From positions 1 through 39,515 of the forward strand of contig DYNJ01000003.1 of assembly GCA_020721085.1 (NCBI GenBank): 39,515 bases of DNA, in the 5' to 3' direction. Below the pieces are notes generated by a model. It was given only the letters and a program-made list of their open reading frames with translations. It was not told where the DNA came from and searched no databases. This DNA comes from Sulfurovum sp. (GTDB lineage: Bacteria > Campylobacterota > Campylobacteria > Campylobacterales > Sulfurovaceae). Within the stretch, counting starts at the first letter, position 1. Each line of letters starts with the position of its first letter. Shown here one piece after another: positions 19,939 to 29,883 of the stretch. Both the position numbers and the translations under genes were made by a program.

Positions 19939-20562
19939 ATGGATTTTCTCAACCAAAACATTATTTTTTATCTGGCAGCCTACCTGATCGCCGGCATACC
20001 TTTCGGCTATCTGCTGGCAAAGCAGTTTGCCGGAGTCGATATCAAAAACTCCGGAAGCGGCAATATCGGGGCAACCAATGTACTCAGAGTTGTCAAAGAA
20101 AAAGATCCCAAACTCGCCACCAAGCTTGGCGCAGTGACTCTGTTGCTCGATGCGGTTAAAGGAGCGGTTGTCATCTTGGCAGCCAAAATGGCGGGCGTTG
20201 ACGAATCGGTACTTTGGACGATTGCGGTCTTGGCGGTGATCGGACACTGCTTCTCTGTTTTTCTGAAGTTTGAAGGGGGCAAAGGGGTTGCCACAGGCTT
20301 TGGAGTCTTGGCGGTCATGATGCCCTTCGCTGCGCTGACCGCGGTTGCGGCATGGGGATTTGCAAGCAAGGGGCTGAAAATATCTTCACTCTCATCGCTT
20401 ATCGCCCTTGGGGCTTTTATAGTCGCCAGCTACTTTTTCTATCCCGCTGTGCCGGGGATCGGCTCCCATGCTCCGGTCTGGATCATTGCAGCGATCATAG
20501 TCTATAAACATATCCCCAATATCGTCCGTATCTTTAAAAAAGAGGAAGGAAAAGTTGTTTGA
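19939..20562 (+). CDS. plsY: Glycerol-3-phosphate acyltransferase PlsY
   Basis: The track ORF begins at 19909. The ATG at 19939 follows AAAGGAGG. MDFLNQNIIFYLAAYLIAGIPFGYLLAK; GSGNIGATN; a multi-TM protein. Confidence 0.93.
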   Translation: MDFLNQNIIFYLAAYLIAGIPFGYLLAKQFAGVDIKNSGSGNIGATNVLRVVKEKDPKLATKLGAVTLLLDAVKGAVVILAAKMAGVDESVLWTIAVLAVIGHCFSVFLKFEGGKGVATGFGVLAVMMPFAALTAVAAWGFASKGLKISSLSSLIALGAFIVASYFFYPAVPGIGSHAPVWIIAAIIVYKHIPNIVRIFKKEEGKVV

Positions 20563-20888
20563 CTATTCATATCCAATCACTCAAAATCGATGCCATTATC
20601 GGTCTGCTTGATTTCGAACGCGACACAGAGCAGCAAGTCATCATCGACCTGGAGGCATCTTATGACTACAATAATAATGAGTTTATCGATTATGCGGTTC
20701 TGGTGGAGCTGATTGCACAGCAAGTCAAACAGAGCAGATACGGTCTGCTTGAAGATGCGCTGGATGATCTTAAAGAGCAGATCACATCCGCATATCCGAC
20801 GATCGATAGACTTTGGCTCAAGATTTCAAAACCTCATATTTTGAATAATTGTGTCGTTGCACTGAGCCAATCATGGAATTTAAGTTAA
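20559..20888 (+). CDS. folB: Dihydroneopterin aldolase family protein
   Basis: 109 aa. TTG start overlapping the plsY TGA. IHIQSLKIDAIIGLLDFERDTEQQVIIDLE matches the FolB N-terminal pattern as I remember it. Confidence 0.6.
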   Translation: MTIHIQSLKIDAIIGLLDFERDTEQQVIIDLEASYDYNNNEFIDYAVLVELIAQQVKQSRYGLLEDALDDLKEQITSAYPTIDRLWLKISKPHILNNCVVALSQSWNLS

Positions 20889-20900
20889 ATTTTAAAAAAA

Positions 20901-20931
20901 TTGATTTTTTCTCTGTTTTTTATGATACAAT
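20901..20931 (+). promoter_or_regulatory. Candidate promoter of the two-component operon
   Basis: TTGATT (20901-20906) and TGaTACAAT (20923-20931, extended -10), 40 nt upstream of the ATG. AAGGA SD. Confidence 0.35.
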
Positions 20932-20970
20932 TTTTAAACAAATCTTAAAATCAAGAAGGATCTTCACTCT

Positions 20971-21642
20971 ATGAGAATACTGATCATTGAAGACGAGGCA
21001 ACATTAAGCAAAACTATTTCAGACGGACTTAAAGAGGTAGGGTATCAAAGCGATATTGCGGAAAGTTTGGATGACGGAAGGTATTTTATCGATATCAGAA
21101 ATTATGACCTCATATTGCTTGACTGGATGCTCCCTGACGGAAACGGAATAACTCTCATCCCTGAGATCAAAGCTAAATCTCCCAAGACGGCGATCATAAT
21201 GCTCTCAGCCCGAGATGATAAAGAAAGTGAGATCGAAGCCCTTAGAACCGGTGCGGATGATTATATCAAGAAGCCTTTTGATTTTGAAATCCTTGTAGTT
21301 CGTATAGAGGCTAAGCTCCGCTTCGGAGGAAGCAATATCATCGAAGTAGAAAATCTCATCATCAATCCCGAAGAGGAGAAGATCCTGTATGACAATATCG
21401 AGATCGAACTCAAAGGCAAGCCGTTTGAAGTCTTGACGCACTTGGCTATGCACAGAGATCAGATCGTTTCCAAAGAACAGCTGCTAGACGCTATTTGGGA
21501 AGAGCCTGAACTTGTCACTCCTAATGTAATCGAAGTCGCTATCAACCAAATCCGTCAAAAGATGGACAAGCCGCTCAATATCACCACTATAGAGACTGTA
21601 CGGAGACGAGGCTATCGATTTTGCTTTCCCAAAAAAGTATAA
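20971..21642 (+). CDS. OmpR-family response regulator
   Basis: 223 aa. Receiver domain with DLILLDWMLPD; winged-helix C-terminus ...TVRRRGYRF. Confidence 0.93.
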   Translation: MRILIIEDEATLSKTISDGLKEVGYQSDIAESLDDGRYFIDIRNYDLILLDWMLPDGNGITLIPEIKAKSPKTAIIMLSARDDKESEIEALRTGADDYIKKPFDFEILVVRIEAKLRFGGSNIIEVENLIINPEEEKILYDNIEIELKGKPFEVLTHLAMHRDQIVSKEQLLDAIWEEPELVTPNVIEVAINQIRQKMDKPLNITTIETVRRRGYRFCFPKKV

Positions 21643-22925
21643 GGGTCAACTTTCTTATCAAGCTCACAACCGCAATGGCGGTATTGCTTCTTCTTTTTTC
21701 AACTATTCTTTATAACTATATCACATACAGTGTTGACAAAGAGCTTGAGTCTATGCTGGTCAAACACGCCAAATATCTCTTTACGACCCATCCCGATGTC
21801 AATGAAGCGCTTAGCAAGCATGGAGACAGCCTCAAACAGACACTCAATATAGAAGCCAAAATCATCTATTTTCCCAAATCGCAATACCAGCCGATGCACA
21901 TACGAAAATACAAGAAAAAAGATAAATACTTTATTGAGCTGCTCTTTCCATACAATTTCCAAAACCAAACCTATCTAAGCGTATCTTCAAATGTCACCGA
22001 ACAAAAAAAGGTGCAACAACATGTTTATAATGCTATGATCTTCATCAATCTGATAGGCATGGGAATAATCATTCTTTATGCCTATTTTCTCTCCGGGGTC
22101 ATGACCAGACATATCCGGGTCTTGGCGCAAAAACTCTCCAAAAGAAATGAAAATATGATGAAACCTATCAATGCTTATGAATTTCCGCAAGAGTTCGAGC
22201 CATTGGCTGCATCTGTAAACGCTCTTATCATGCGCATACAAAACTTCATCAAATACAAAAAAGAGCTCTTTATCGGCGCAGCTCATGAGCTCAAAACACC
22301 GCTCGCCGTGATGAAAACCAAGACGCAAGTTACACTCATGAAGAAAAAAATCACCGAAGAAGATCTCAAGACAGCGCTTCGGCAAAATATCATCTCAATA
22401 GACGAAATGGATAAAATCATCAGCTCCATTCTGGAGTTTGGCAGAGCAGAAGGGGCGCAATTTGAGATACCTCAGGATATCGATGTGATCGCTTTTTTGC
22501 GAGAAAAAGCCAACGACTACAGACTTCTTGCCGACTCAAAAAAACAAAATTTCATTACCGATCTTCAGCCGGTGAGCTATGTGATCCATCTTCAGCCGAT
22601 GCTCTTAACACATATCGTTCAAAACTTTATCCAAAATGCCTTCAAATTTACACCCTCCGGTAAAACGATTTGGCTCAAAAGCTATCCTCAAGATACCCTT
22701 CTTATCATAGAGGTGATCGACGAAGGTAGCGGCATAGACGAGCAAAAAGATCTTTTTGCTCCCTTTGAGAGAACCAAAAACTCCGGCGGAGTAGGATTGG
22801 GACTCTTTCTCGCCAAAAGCGCTGCCAATGCAATGGGTGCAAGCCTGGAGCTCGTCAACAGAAGCGATGGACAAGGTACTATCGCCAGACTCATACTGCA
22901 AAAACGCCCCTATTGCAAACTCTAA
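21621..22925 (+). CDS. Sensor histidine kinase (two TM helices, HisKA + HATPase_c)
   Basis: 434 aa. TTG start overlapping the response regulator by 22 nt. H-box AAHELKTPLAV, N-box QNFIQNAFKF, G-boxes DEGSGI and GGVGLGL. Confidence 0.9.
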   Translation: MLSQKSIRVNFLIKLTTAMAVLLLLFSTILYNYITYSVDKELESMLVKHAKYLFTTHPDVNEALSKHGDSLKQTLNIEAKIIYFPKSQYQPMHIRKYKKKDKYFIELLFPYNFQNQTYLSVSSNVTEQKKVQQHVYNAMIFINLIGMGIIILYAYFLSGVMTRHIRVLAQKLSKRNENMMKPINAYEFPQEFEPLAASVNALIMRIQNFIKYKKELFIGAAHELKTPLAVMKTKTQVTLMKKKITEEDLKTALRQNIISIDEMDKIISSILEFGRAEGAQFEIPQDIDVIAFLREKANDYRLLADSKKQNFITDLQPVSYVIHLQPMLLTHIVQNFIQNAFKFTPSGKTIWLKSYPQDTLLIIEVIDEGSGIDEQKDLFAPFERTKNSGGVGLGLFLAKSAANAMGASLELVNRSDGQGTIARLILQKRPYCKL

Positions 22926-22936
22926 AAGACAAAATC

Positions 22937-22954
22937 AAAGCTTCTTTAAGCTTT
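22937..22954 (+). terminator. Weak hairpin after the histidine kinase gene
   Basis: AAAGCTT-CTTT-AAGCTTT, a 7-bp stem 12 nt after the stop. The U-run is only the stem's own 3' end. Confidence 0.2.
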
Positions 22955-22996
22955 GTTAGGCTATAACTCTCTAAATCTCTAACCACGAGGAAACAT

Positions 22997-23248
22997 ATGG
23001 CTTTAATCATTACTGATATTTGTATTGCATGCGACGCATGCCGCGAAGAGTGCCCAAATGAGGCAATCGAAGAGAATGACCCTGTCTATATCATCGATCC
23101 GGATCGCTGTACCGAGTGTGTCGGTCACTATGATGAACCCTCTTGTATCTCTGTCTGTCCGGTAGATTGCATCATCTCCGATCCTGACAATGTCGAAAAC
23201 ACAGAGGAACTTCAATTCAAATACGAACAGTTGCAAAACGAGCTGTAA
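22997..23248 (+). CDS. 2x[4Fe-4S] ferredoxin (YfhL-like)
   Basis: 83 aa. CIACDACREECP and CTEC...CISVCP cluster motifs. Confidence 0.9.
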   Translation: MALIITDICIACDACREECPNEAIEENDPVYIIDPDRCTECVGHYDEPSCISVCPVDCIISDPDNVENTEELQFKYEQLQNEL

Positions 23249-23257
23249 CCTACTCAA

Positions 23258-24763
23258 ATGGCAAAACGAACCGCCATTATAGATATCGGCTCCAACTCTG
23301 GCAGACTGGTCATCTACGAACGTACCAGCCGGTTTGGTTTTCATCTCATTTGTGAAGAAAAAAGCAAAGTCCGTATTGGAGAGGGGGCATACGCCAAAGG
23401 CGGCAATCTGCAGCCTGTCGGTATCGAGCGTGCCTATCTAGCCTTGCAGTCATTTGTCCAAACTACCAAAAAATATCGTGCAAGCAAGACCTTATGTGTC
23501 GCTACTTCTGCTTTGAGAGATGCCCCAAACGGTCAGGAGTTTGTCCGATGGATCCGCAGCGAACTAGGACTTAATATCAAAATTATTGATGGCGACGAAG
23601 AGGCTATGCTAGGCGCTATCGCTATTAGCAATCTTCTCCCTGTCAGTGACGGTATCACGATAGATATCGGTGGCGGCTCCTCGGATTTGTCCCTTGTCAA
23701 AAATGGCAAAATCATAGAAACATGCTCGCTGAATGTAGGTACAGTGCGCATCAAAGAGCTTTTTTTCGACCGAGACAGACCCTTGCAAGATGCGCAAAAA
23801 TATATCCAAGAGGTACTCAAAAAACTTCCAAATACATTTCGGCATCATCACGCTATCGCTATCGGCGGAACTGCCAGAGCTCTGAGCAAAGGGATCATGA
23901 AAAGCTCTGACTACCCGCTCGACAAAATCCATGCATTTGAGTATAAAGTCAAAGATTTTTGGGACTATCTTACTGAGATTACCCACTCAGAGGGTGGCAA
24001 AAAGCTTAAACATTTCAACCTTAAGAAGGAACGATACGATACGATACGGGAAGGGACTTTGATCTTCACCGAGATCATCAAACAGATTCACGCCCAAGAG
24101 ATCATCACAAGCGGAGTAGGCGTCAGAGAGGGACTATTTCTCAAAGATCTTCTGCGACACAACAATTTTCAATTTCCCAGCCATATCAACCCAAGCATCG
24201 TCAGTATTCTAGATCGTTTTGATACTCTTCTTCCCGACAACTCCAGCGCTGCGCACCGCATCAAAATCGCCAAAGAGATATATAGGATTTTTCACCAAGA
24301 GCTGGGACTGTCCGGCAGCTATCAAAAAGAGCTTACAACCGCCTTGATGTTTTCGAATATCGGGAAAACGCTGACTATCTACAAATCCCATCAGCACGCC
24401 TTCTATATCACCATGCAAGAGCTCAATTTCGACTTTAAACACAAAGAGATGCTTTTGATCGCTTTATTGCAGCAAACATATGGAGGCTCACTGCTCAATA
24501 AACCGTTTTTCAAAACCTATGAGCAACTACTCCCTCCGAAAGAGGATTTGAGGTATCTCATCTTTATCTACTCGCTTACTGTTTTGGTGCATGAAAATTC
24601 TAACCATGCAAACATCTATTTCACCTACAGAGACAAAACCCTTACTATTTATGCCGACCAGTCACTCTATCATGCCAAAGAGCAGATCGCACTGCTCGAA
24701 AAGCCGTCTGCTTTTGATCTGGCTATTGTTGATAAAAACAAAGTACCGCCCTATCGTTTTTAA
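23258..24763 (+). CDS. ppx: Exopolyphosphatase / guanosine pentaphosphate phosphohydrolase (Ppx/GppA family)
   Basis: 501 aa. IIDIGSNSGRLVIYE, ATSALRDAPNG, DIGGGSSD. Has a C-terminal HD-like extension. Confidence 0.88.
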   Translation: MAKRTAIIDIGSNSGRLVIYERTSRFGFHLICEEKSKVRIGEGAYAKGGNLQPVGIERAYLALQSFVQTTKKYRASKTLCVATSALRDAPNGQEFVRWIRSELGLNIKIIDGDEEAMLGAIAISNLLPVSDGITIDIGGGSSDLSLVKNGKIIETCSLNVGTVRIKELFFDRDRPLQDAQKYIQEVLKKLPNTFRHHHAIAIGGTARALSKGIMKSSDYPLDKIHAFEYKVKDFWDYLTEITHSEGGKKLKHFNLKKERYDTIREGTLIFTEIIKQIHAQEIITSGVGVREGLFLKDLLRHNNFQFPSHINPSIVSILDRFDTLLPDNSSAAHRIKIAKEIYRIFHQELGLSGSYQKELTTALMFSNIGKTLTIYKSHQHAFYITMQELNFDFKHKEMLLIALLQQTYGGSLLNKPFFKTYEQLLPPKEDLRYLIFIYSLTVLVHENSNHANIYFTYRDKTLTIYADQSLYHAKEQIALLEKPSAFDLAIVDKNKVPPYRF

Positions 24764-24921
24764 AGCCGGCTCAGTCATATTCCCTCATCATCACGGCTTG
24801 ACACGGGGATCCGCAAACAAAGAAAGATATAAAGGAAAAAGAGCCAGACTCCATCAAGGAGTGACTGAAGATTTCTATAGATTTTGAAATAAAGGTAAAT
24901 ACATATGACGATATTGATTCT

Positions 24922-27222
24922 CTAGAACTTTGTCCCCATTGAGAACTCAAACGGCGCCTTATCATCTTCATCCACATCGTCAAGAGCCTCAGCAAAGATC
25001 AGATTGATAGGTCCAAAAGGCGAAAACCACTCTATCTGAGCCCCGACCGAACTGGCACTTATATCATTGTTGATGATCTTGAGTCCAGAGACATCGTCTG
25101 CAGTAGTATATCCATAATCTGCAAAGAATGTCAGACGCATTTTCGCCGCTTCAAAGAGCGGTATGCTTGCCTCAATAGTCCCTGATGCCCGTCTGTCTCC
25201 GCCAAATCTTTGCTCAAGTCCCGTCACAGGATCAAGTACATAAGGAGAGAGCGAGTAAGGACTATATCCCCTGACGCTTCCCACACCGCCCATATAGAGC
25301 CGTTCAGCGGTAGGCACCTTCTCGTCTTCGGCATGATTGAGCATGCTTCCTCTCACTTTAGCGCGCATGATCAGGTCATAATCGATCAAATCCTCCATCC
25401 CGTAATATGTCCCAAAACGGACACTAAGCTCTGATACATCGGCATAATCCGTATAGATAGACTTTTCAATTTCTGTCAGATCACCGTTAAAAGATCCGAA
25501 TTCGCCGTTGATACCAGCTACAAACCCCTCTCTAGGCACATAAAAGTCATCGGTATTGTCAAATGAAAGCCCTATCAAACCGGAGATTTTTTCATATTGA
25601 TCCACATATAAAAAATCATTCAAAAATGTAACGCCTTCGTTGGCGCTGGATTGATTATCGACATAACTTCCGCCTCCGGAAAAATAAAAATGCCGCCAGA
25701 ACTTCCGACCGGCGATGAGACTTCCGCCTGTCTGGTCTTGAGTATAGTCGATATACTCATAGTCTCGTTTGAAGAAATTGGCACTCAAACTATATTCGCT
25801 GTCCCAGACTCTTGGGTTTGTCAAAGAGAAGTTACCGCTCGTAGAAACCTCTGAAATATCAACGCCTACCTCGCCGCTCAATCCGGTTCCAAATAGATTT
25901 TTGTCAGAAATGCTGGCGTTGAACATCAGCCCTTGATAGCTTCCGTATCCGCCGCCTGCGGAGATACTTCCGGTTTGTGTCTCTTTGACTTTGACAAGCA
26001 GATTTACTTTATCGTCGCTGATCCTCTCCTGAGCGATATCCACACCCTCAAAAAATCCGGTTCTGCCCAATGCGTTTTTGCTATCCTTGAGATCAGTATA
26101 ACTATACATATCGCCGGGAGCGAGATAGATATATCTTCGGACAACCCTGTCTTTCGTGACATCGTTGCCGGAGATCAGGACATCATTGATCGTTACTTTT
26201 TTGCCTTGAGTGATATGGTATTGCAGATCTACAGTACCTGCTTTCTCGTTCTTGTGAAAGTTTGGAGTAACTTTGGCATACGCATAACCCATATCGCCTA
26301 CTGCCTCTTCGAGGGCTTTCATATCAAGTCTCATTTTTTTGATATTGAAGACTTTTCCCTGCTGAAGCTTGAAATCGCTAATAAGCTTGGCGCTGTCAAG
26401 TCCTGGGACATTTTGCACCAACGATACTTTCCCGATACGAAACTGCTTGCCCTCTTTGACGAGATAGCTCACCTCTGCGTTATATGAGGCGCTGTCAACG
26501 CGCATCAACGGCTTGCTGACCTCTGCATCGATATAGCCATGCTGCATATAGGCATCTTTGGCTCTCAGCGAATCATACTCCAGCTGATCGATCTTCGCAT
26601 CAGAATCACCGAGAAAAGGAACCCAACCAAGCCAACCCGGCTCTTTGTTGGCAAGATCAGTTTCGATATCACTCTTCTCCAGCTCTTTTGCGCCTATAAA
26701 ATTGGTTTCTTTGATCTTGATCTTCTCACCTTTATTTACATCAAAGGTGATCGCGTAGCTGTCATTGATCTTTTTCTTGGAAACATCAACAACAGTATCA
26801 TAGTACCCTTCGCTCTCTACTTTGGCGATCAAGGTCTGCTTTGCCTGTTCGATACGCCTCTCATCATAGAAATCACCTTTTTTCAGACCAATCTCTTTGG
26901 CCAATTTGTCACCGTCACTTCCGGTACCGTATCCTGTAATCTCGACTTTGGAAATCGAAGGCTTCTCGCTAAAATGGTACACCAGAACCCCATTGCCTGT
27001 ATTTTCAACCCATACATCCTTGAAATAGCCCTGCTCATACAGGTTTTTGACCGATTCATCGATCTGATCTGCATCGACATCACTTCCTTCCTGGATACCG
27101 GCAACCTCTTTGGCGGTACTGGCAGAGAGTCGGAGCAAACCGTCAAATTTGATCTGACGAATCTGCTCAGCAACAAGCAGTGTTCCGGCAACCATCCAAA
27201 ATATAGCGATCTTTTTTATCAT
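24922..27222 (-). CDS. bamA: Outer membrane protein assembly factor BamA (Omp85)
   Basis: The track ORF begins at 27249. The ATG at 27222 (MIKKIAIFWMVAGTLLVAEQ, a signal peptide) has an AAGGA SD. POTRA repeats plus a C-terminal barrel ending FEFSMGTKF. Confidence 0.93.
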   Translation of the reverse strand: MIKKIAIFWMVAGTLLVAEQIRQIKFDGLLRLSASTAKEVAGIQEGSDVDADQIDESVKNLYEQGYFKDVWVENTGNGVLVYHFSEKPSISKVEITGYGTGSDGDKLAKEIGLKKGDFYDERRIEQAKQTLIAKVESEGYYDTVVDVSKKKINDSYAITFDVNKGEKIKIKETNFIGAKELEKSDIETDLANKEPGWLGWVPFLGDSDAKIDQLEYDSLRAKDAYMQHGYIDAEVSKPLMRVDSASYNAEVSYLVKEGKQFRIGKVSLVQNVPGLDSAKLISDFKLQQGKVFNIKKMRLDMKALEEAVGDMGYAYAKVTPNFHKNEKAGTVDLQYHITQGKKVTINDVLISGNDVTKDRVVRRYIYLAPGDMYSYTDLKDSKNALGRTGFFEGVDIAQERISDDKVNLLVKVKETQTGSISAGGGYGSYQGLMFNASISDKNLFGTGLSGEVGVDISEVSTSGNFSLTNPRVWDSEYSLSANFFKRDYEYIDYTQDQTGGSLIAGRKFWRHFYFSGGGSYVDNQSSANEGVTFLNDFLYVDQYEKISGLIGLSFDNTDDFYVPREGFVAGINGEFGSFNGDLTEIEKSIYTDYADVSELSVRFGTYYGMEDLIDYDLIMRAKVRGSMLNHAEDEKVPTAERLYMGGVGSVRGYSPYSLSPYVLDPVTGLEQRFGGDRRASGTIEASIPLFEAAKMRLTFFADYGYTTADDVSGLKIINNDISASSVGAQIEWFSPFGPINLIFAEALDDVDEDDKAPFEFSMGTKF

Positions 27223-27348
27223 TGTTGAGTATCCTTGTTTTTGAAACATCTAGTCTATTTGACTGAGATTCTATCTTTTTTTCACTAAAGGATTACTAAA
27301 GAATGGCAGACTGTCGATAGGGCTTGGGCAAACAACACCATTCATCTA

Positions 27349-27357
27349 TGGTATAAT
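27349..27357 (+). promoter_or_regulatory. Extended -10 promoter element for tyrA
   Basis: TGgTATAAT, 69 nt upstream of the tyrA ATG. AAGGA SD at the start codon. Confidence 0.4.
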
Positions 27358-27425
27358 AGCGCCAAATAATGAGCTAAAGCTGTGGTTATGCCGGTAACGC
27401 GGCGTGCTTACATAAGGATTAAAAT

Positions 27426-28256
27426 ATGAATATTGGAATAATAGGACTTGGACTCATGGGGGGCTCGATGGGTATCGCGCTGAGATCCGCTTTCCCAAAA
27501 TGCCGTCTTGAGGGTCTTGATCACAATCAGGCACACTGCTCTGAGGCATTGGCGCTTGGACTGGTAGACACCATAGTGAATTCTCTTGATGATCTCAAAG
27601 TTTGCGATATTATCATTCTGGCTATCCCGGTAGATGGTATAATCACCGCCTTGCACAGCCTGACCGATGTATCTGAACAATGTACTATCATCGACCTTGG
27701 AAGCACAAAAGAGAAGATCATCGCCTCTACTCCGGCTAAGATAAGAAAAAACCTGATCGCCGCCCATCCCATGGCAGGCACGGAAAAATTCGGTCCCACC
27801 TCAGCAGTCAGCGATCTGTACCGCGACAAGGTGGTCGTACTGTGCAGCCTCGAAGAGAGCGGTGAACTCCAACGGGATATGGCACTGAAGGTATTTGGTG
27901 AAATCGGAATGAAGACGGTATTTATGGATGCGGCAGAACATGACCGTCATGCGGCCTTTATCTCACATATGCCTCACGCTTTGAGCTTCTCTCTGGCCAA
28001 TGCCGTCATGGCACAAGAAGATCCGATAAGCATCATTGAGCTTGCCGGAGGAGGCTTTCGGGATATGAGCCGTATCGCCAAAAGTTCACCGCAGATGTGG
28101 GAAGATATCTTCAGACAGAACAAAATCAATCTATTGACTGCGCTGGATCACTTCGCTGTCGAACTCAACAAATGCCGATCTATGATAGAAAACGAAGAGT
28201 GGGAAGAGCTGAACGGATGGATGCAAGGCGCCAACAGGCTGCACGATATATTATAG
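27426..28256 (+). CDS. tyrA: Prephenate dehydrogenase
   Basis: 276 aa. Rossmann motif IGIIGLGLMGGS; AAHPMAGTE; HDRHAAFISHMPH. Confidence 0.9.
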   Translation: MNIGIIGLGLMGGSMGIALRSAFPKCRLEGLDHNQAHCSEALALGLVDTIVNSLDDLKVCDIIILAIPVDGIITALHSLTDVSEQCTIIDLGSTKEKIIASTPAKIRKNLIAAHPMAGTEKFGPTSAVSDLYRDKVVVLCSLEESGELQRDMALKVFGEIGMKTVFMDAAEHDRHAAFISHMPHALSFSLANAVMAQEDPISIIELAGGGFRDMSRIAKSSPQMWEDIFRQNKINLLTALDHFAVELNKCRSMIENEEWEELNGWMQGANRLHDIL

Positions 28257-28345
28257 TCCGAGATTATTGCTTGTGAGCCTGTCAGAAAACGCAAATGCTT
28301 GCAACAGTGCAGTTTTTTGTAAAAATCAAATGGCTGCCGGCTGCT

Positions 28346-29857
28346 TCATCTTTCATTCTTCCGCATATATCGATTCACCAACGCTTTGAGGAGCTTTTTG
28401 TCTATCACCGCACTCTTGTCGCCGTTTTGCCTGGCGTAGAGCAGGCGCACCATCTCCTCGACGATCGGATCTTTTCCTGTGTGGGGGTAGAGGATCTTGA
28501 GTGCTTCACTCTCGTTGGCAGGATTGACCGGTTTTTTAAATTTGAGTTTTGGGATCAATTTGAGCGCCGCCAGTGCCGCAAACACTCCGGAGACAAAAAC
28601 AAGCGCAAGCACCCAAGGCGGATAACCTCCGGCGTTACCCTCTTTTTTGTTGGGTGAAGGCTCAAATGTATTTTTTCCAACCTCTTGAGACTTGGGCTTT
28701 GCACTTTGTACCACTGCGGGAGCGACGGTGCCTCCTATGACTTCGATCTGATAGAATTTTGTCTTTAGAGTCTCTATCTTGCCTGATTTGTAGTTGAATA
28801 CAGAGAAACTTTGAGATGGTATTGTGAAATTGCGGTCAGCGATCAAGGCAAACCTCTTCTCGTAAGTGGCGATAAGCTGATCTCCGACAAGCTTGCTTTC
28901 AACTTTGGCATCATCGCTATAGATCGTCACTCCGTCTATATCCAAACTAAGCCCGTTAAAATCCTCAACTCCTCCTTCGCCTTGGATCGTGACCGTCAGA
29001 TTGACCGGTTTATTGGCTTTGACCTGGGTCGTGTCTATATTTTCGTTAAGTTCAAAATCCCCTACCAGATCGGTCTGTCCGGGCAAAGGTTTGACATTGA
29101 TACTCACTGCGTTGGAGGCGATATGGCTCCACCGCGGGGTATCGAAAAAATTACCGAAGATATCATCTTTTCTGCGGCTCCGCTCTGCCACCTTGGCTCT
29201 TGAGGGCTCGATGGTCAGATTGCCGTCATGCTTGGGTATCAAAAGATAACGCAACTCATGGATCAGATACTTACCCTTCCTATACTGCTTCTCCGGTTCT
29301 TCCTCTTTGACGACAAAATCTCCAAATGATGGTTTCTGATATTGCACTTGCATCAGATCCGCCTGCCGCGACTCACCGAAAAAAACAGACACAAGCAACG
29401 GTTCACCTACAAAAAGCTCTCTTTTGTCGGCAACCATGTCGAGGGTAAATTTGTCTGATATGGTGCTCTTTGGTACTGTCTGAGGTGCGGCAATCTTGAT
29501 CTTGATAGGGTTGGTTTGGAGCTTTTGTCCATCAATCGTTACCGAATATGGTGGTATCGTCATCTCTTTTTGGGGAGTGAAAGTCAGCAGGACCCGCCTG
29601 TTTCTTTCCATTTTGTTTTGACCGTTGATCGATGTGATGCCCATACTTGAGACTTCAGACCTCCTCAACACGGGGCTGTCGCCTATCGTATTAATATCCG
29701 GAAACTCTATATCGCTGCCCACTGCTTCGATCGTCAATATAATGCTGTCCCCTGCTGTCACTTCAGAACTGTCCACTTTGGCAGTGACGCTTCCTCCCCA
29801 CCCAAAAGCAGTTGCCAAAAACAGCGCCCACATCATCCGAACTGCCTGATTCATCAT
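28346..29857 (-). CDS. batD: BatD-like protein
   Basis: The track ORF begins at 29890. The ATGATG at 29857 is preceded by AAAGGAGG and gives the signal peptide MMNQAVRMMWALFLATAFGWGGSVTA. Large beta-rich periplasmic part, C-terminal TM PPWVLALVFVSGVFAALAALKLI, and a cytoplasmic tail. Last gene of the Bat cluster. Confidence 0.75.
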   Translation of the reverse strand: MMNQAVRMMWALFLATAFGWGGSVTAKVDSSEVTAGDSIILTIEAVGSDIEFPDINTIGDSPVLRRSEVSSMGITSINGQNKMERNRRVLLTFTPQKEMTIPPYSVTIDGQKLQTNPIKIKIAAPQTVPKSTISDKFTLDMVADKRELFVGEPLLVSVFFGESRQADLMQVQYQKPSFGDFVVKEEEPEKQYRKGKYLIHELRYLLIPKHDGNLTIEPSRAKVAERSRRKDDIFGNFFDTPRWSHIASNAVSINVKPLPGQTDLVGDFELNENIDTTQVKANKPVNLTVTIQGEGGVEDFNGLSLDIDGVTIYSDDAKVESKLVGDQLIATYEKRFALIADRNFTIPSQSFSVFNYKSGKIETLKTKFYQIEVIGGTVAPAVVQSAKPKSQEVGKNTFEPSPNKKEGNAGGYPPWVLALVFVSGVFAALAALKLIPKLKFKKPVNPANESEALKILYPHTGKDPIVEEMVRLLYARQNGDKSAVIDKKLLKALVNRYMRKNER

Positions 29858-29883
29858 TGTCCTCCTTTGCACTAAAGAGATAT

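Noticed and set aside
19350-20159. A 269-aa plus-strand ORF that spans nadA (antisense), the divergent promoter and the 5' part of plsY.
   Set aside because: It crosses an intergenic promoter region and overlaps two well-supported genes in other frames or strands. Its composition is R/H/C-rich and it has no SD.
24764-24921. A 158-bp convergent gap between ppx and bamA, examined for an sRNA, a terminator or a small ORF (including the 74-aa ORF at 24771-24995).
   Set aside because: Only weak stems are present (AAGCCG...CGGCTT with a 25-nt loop, and ACTCC-N5-GGAGT). There is no good U-tract and no promoter-like element. The 74-aa ORF overlaps the bamA 3' end and has no SD.
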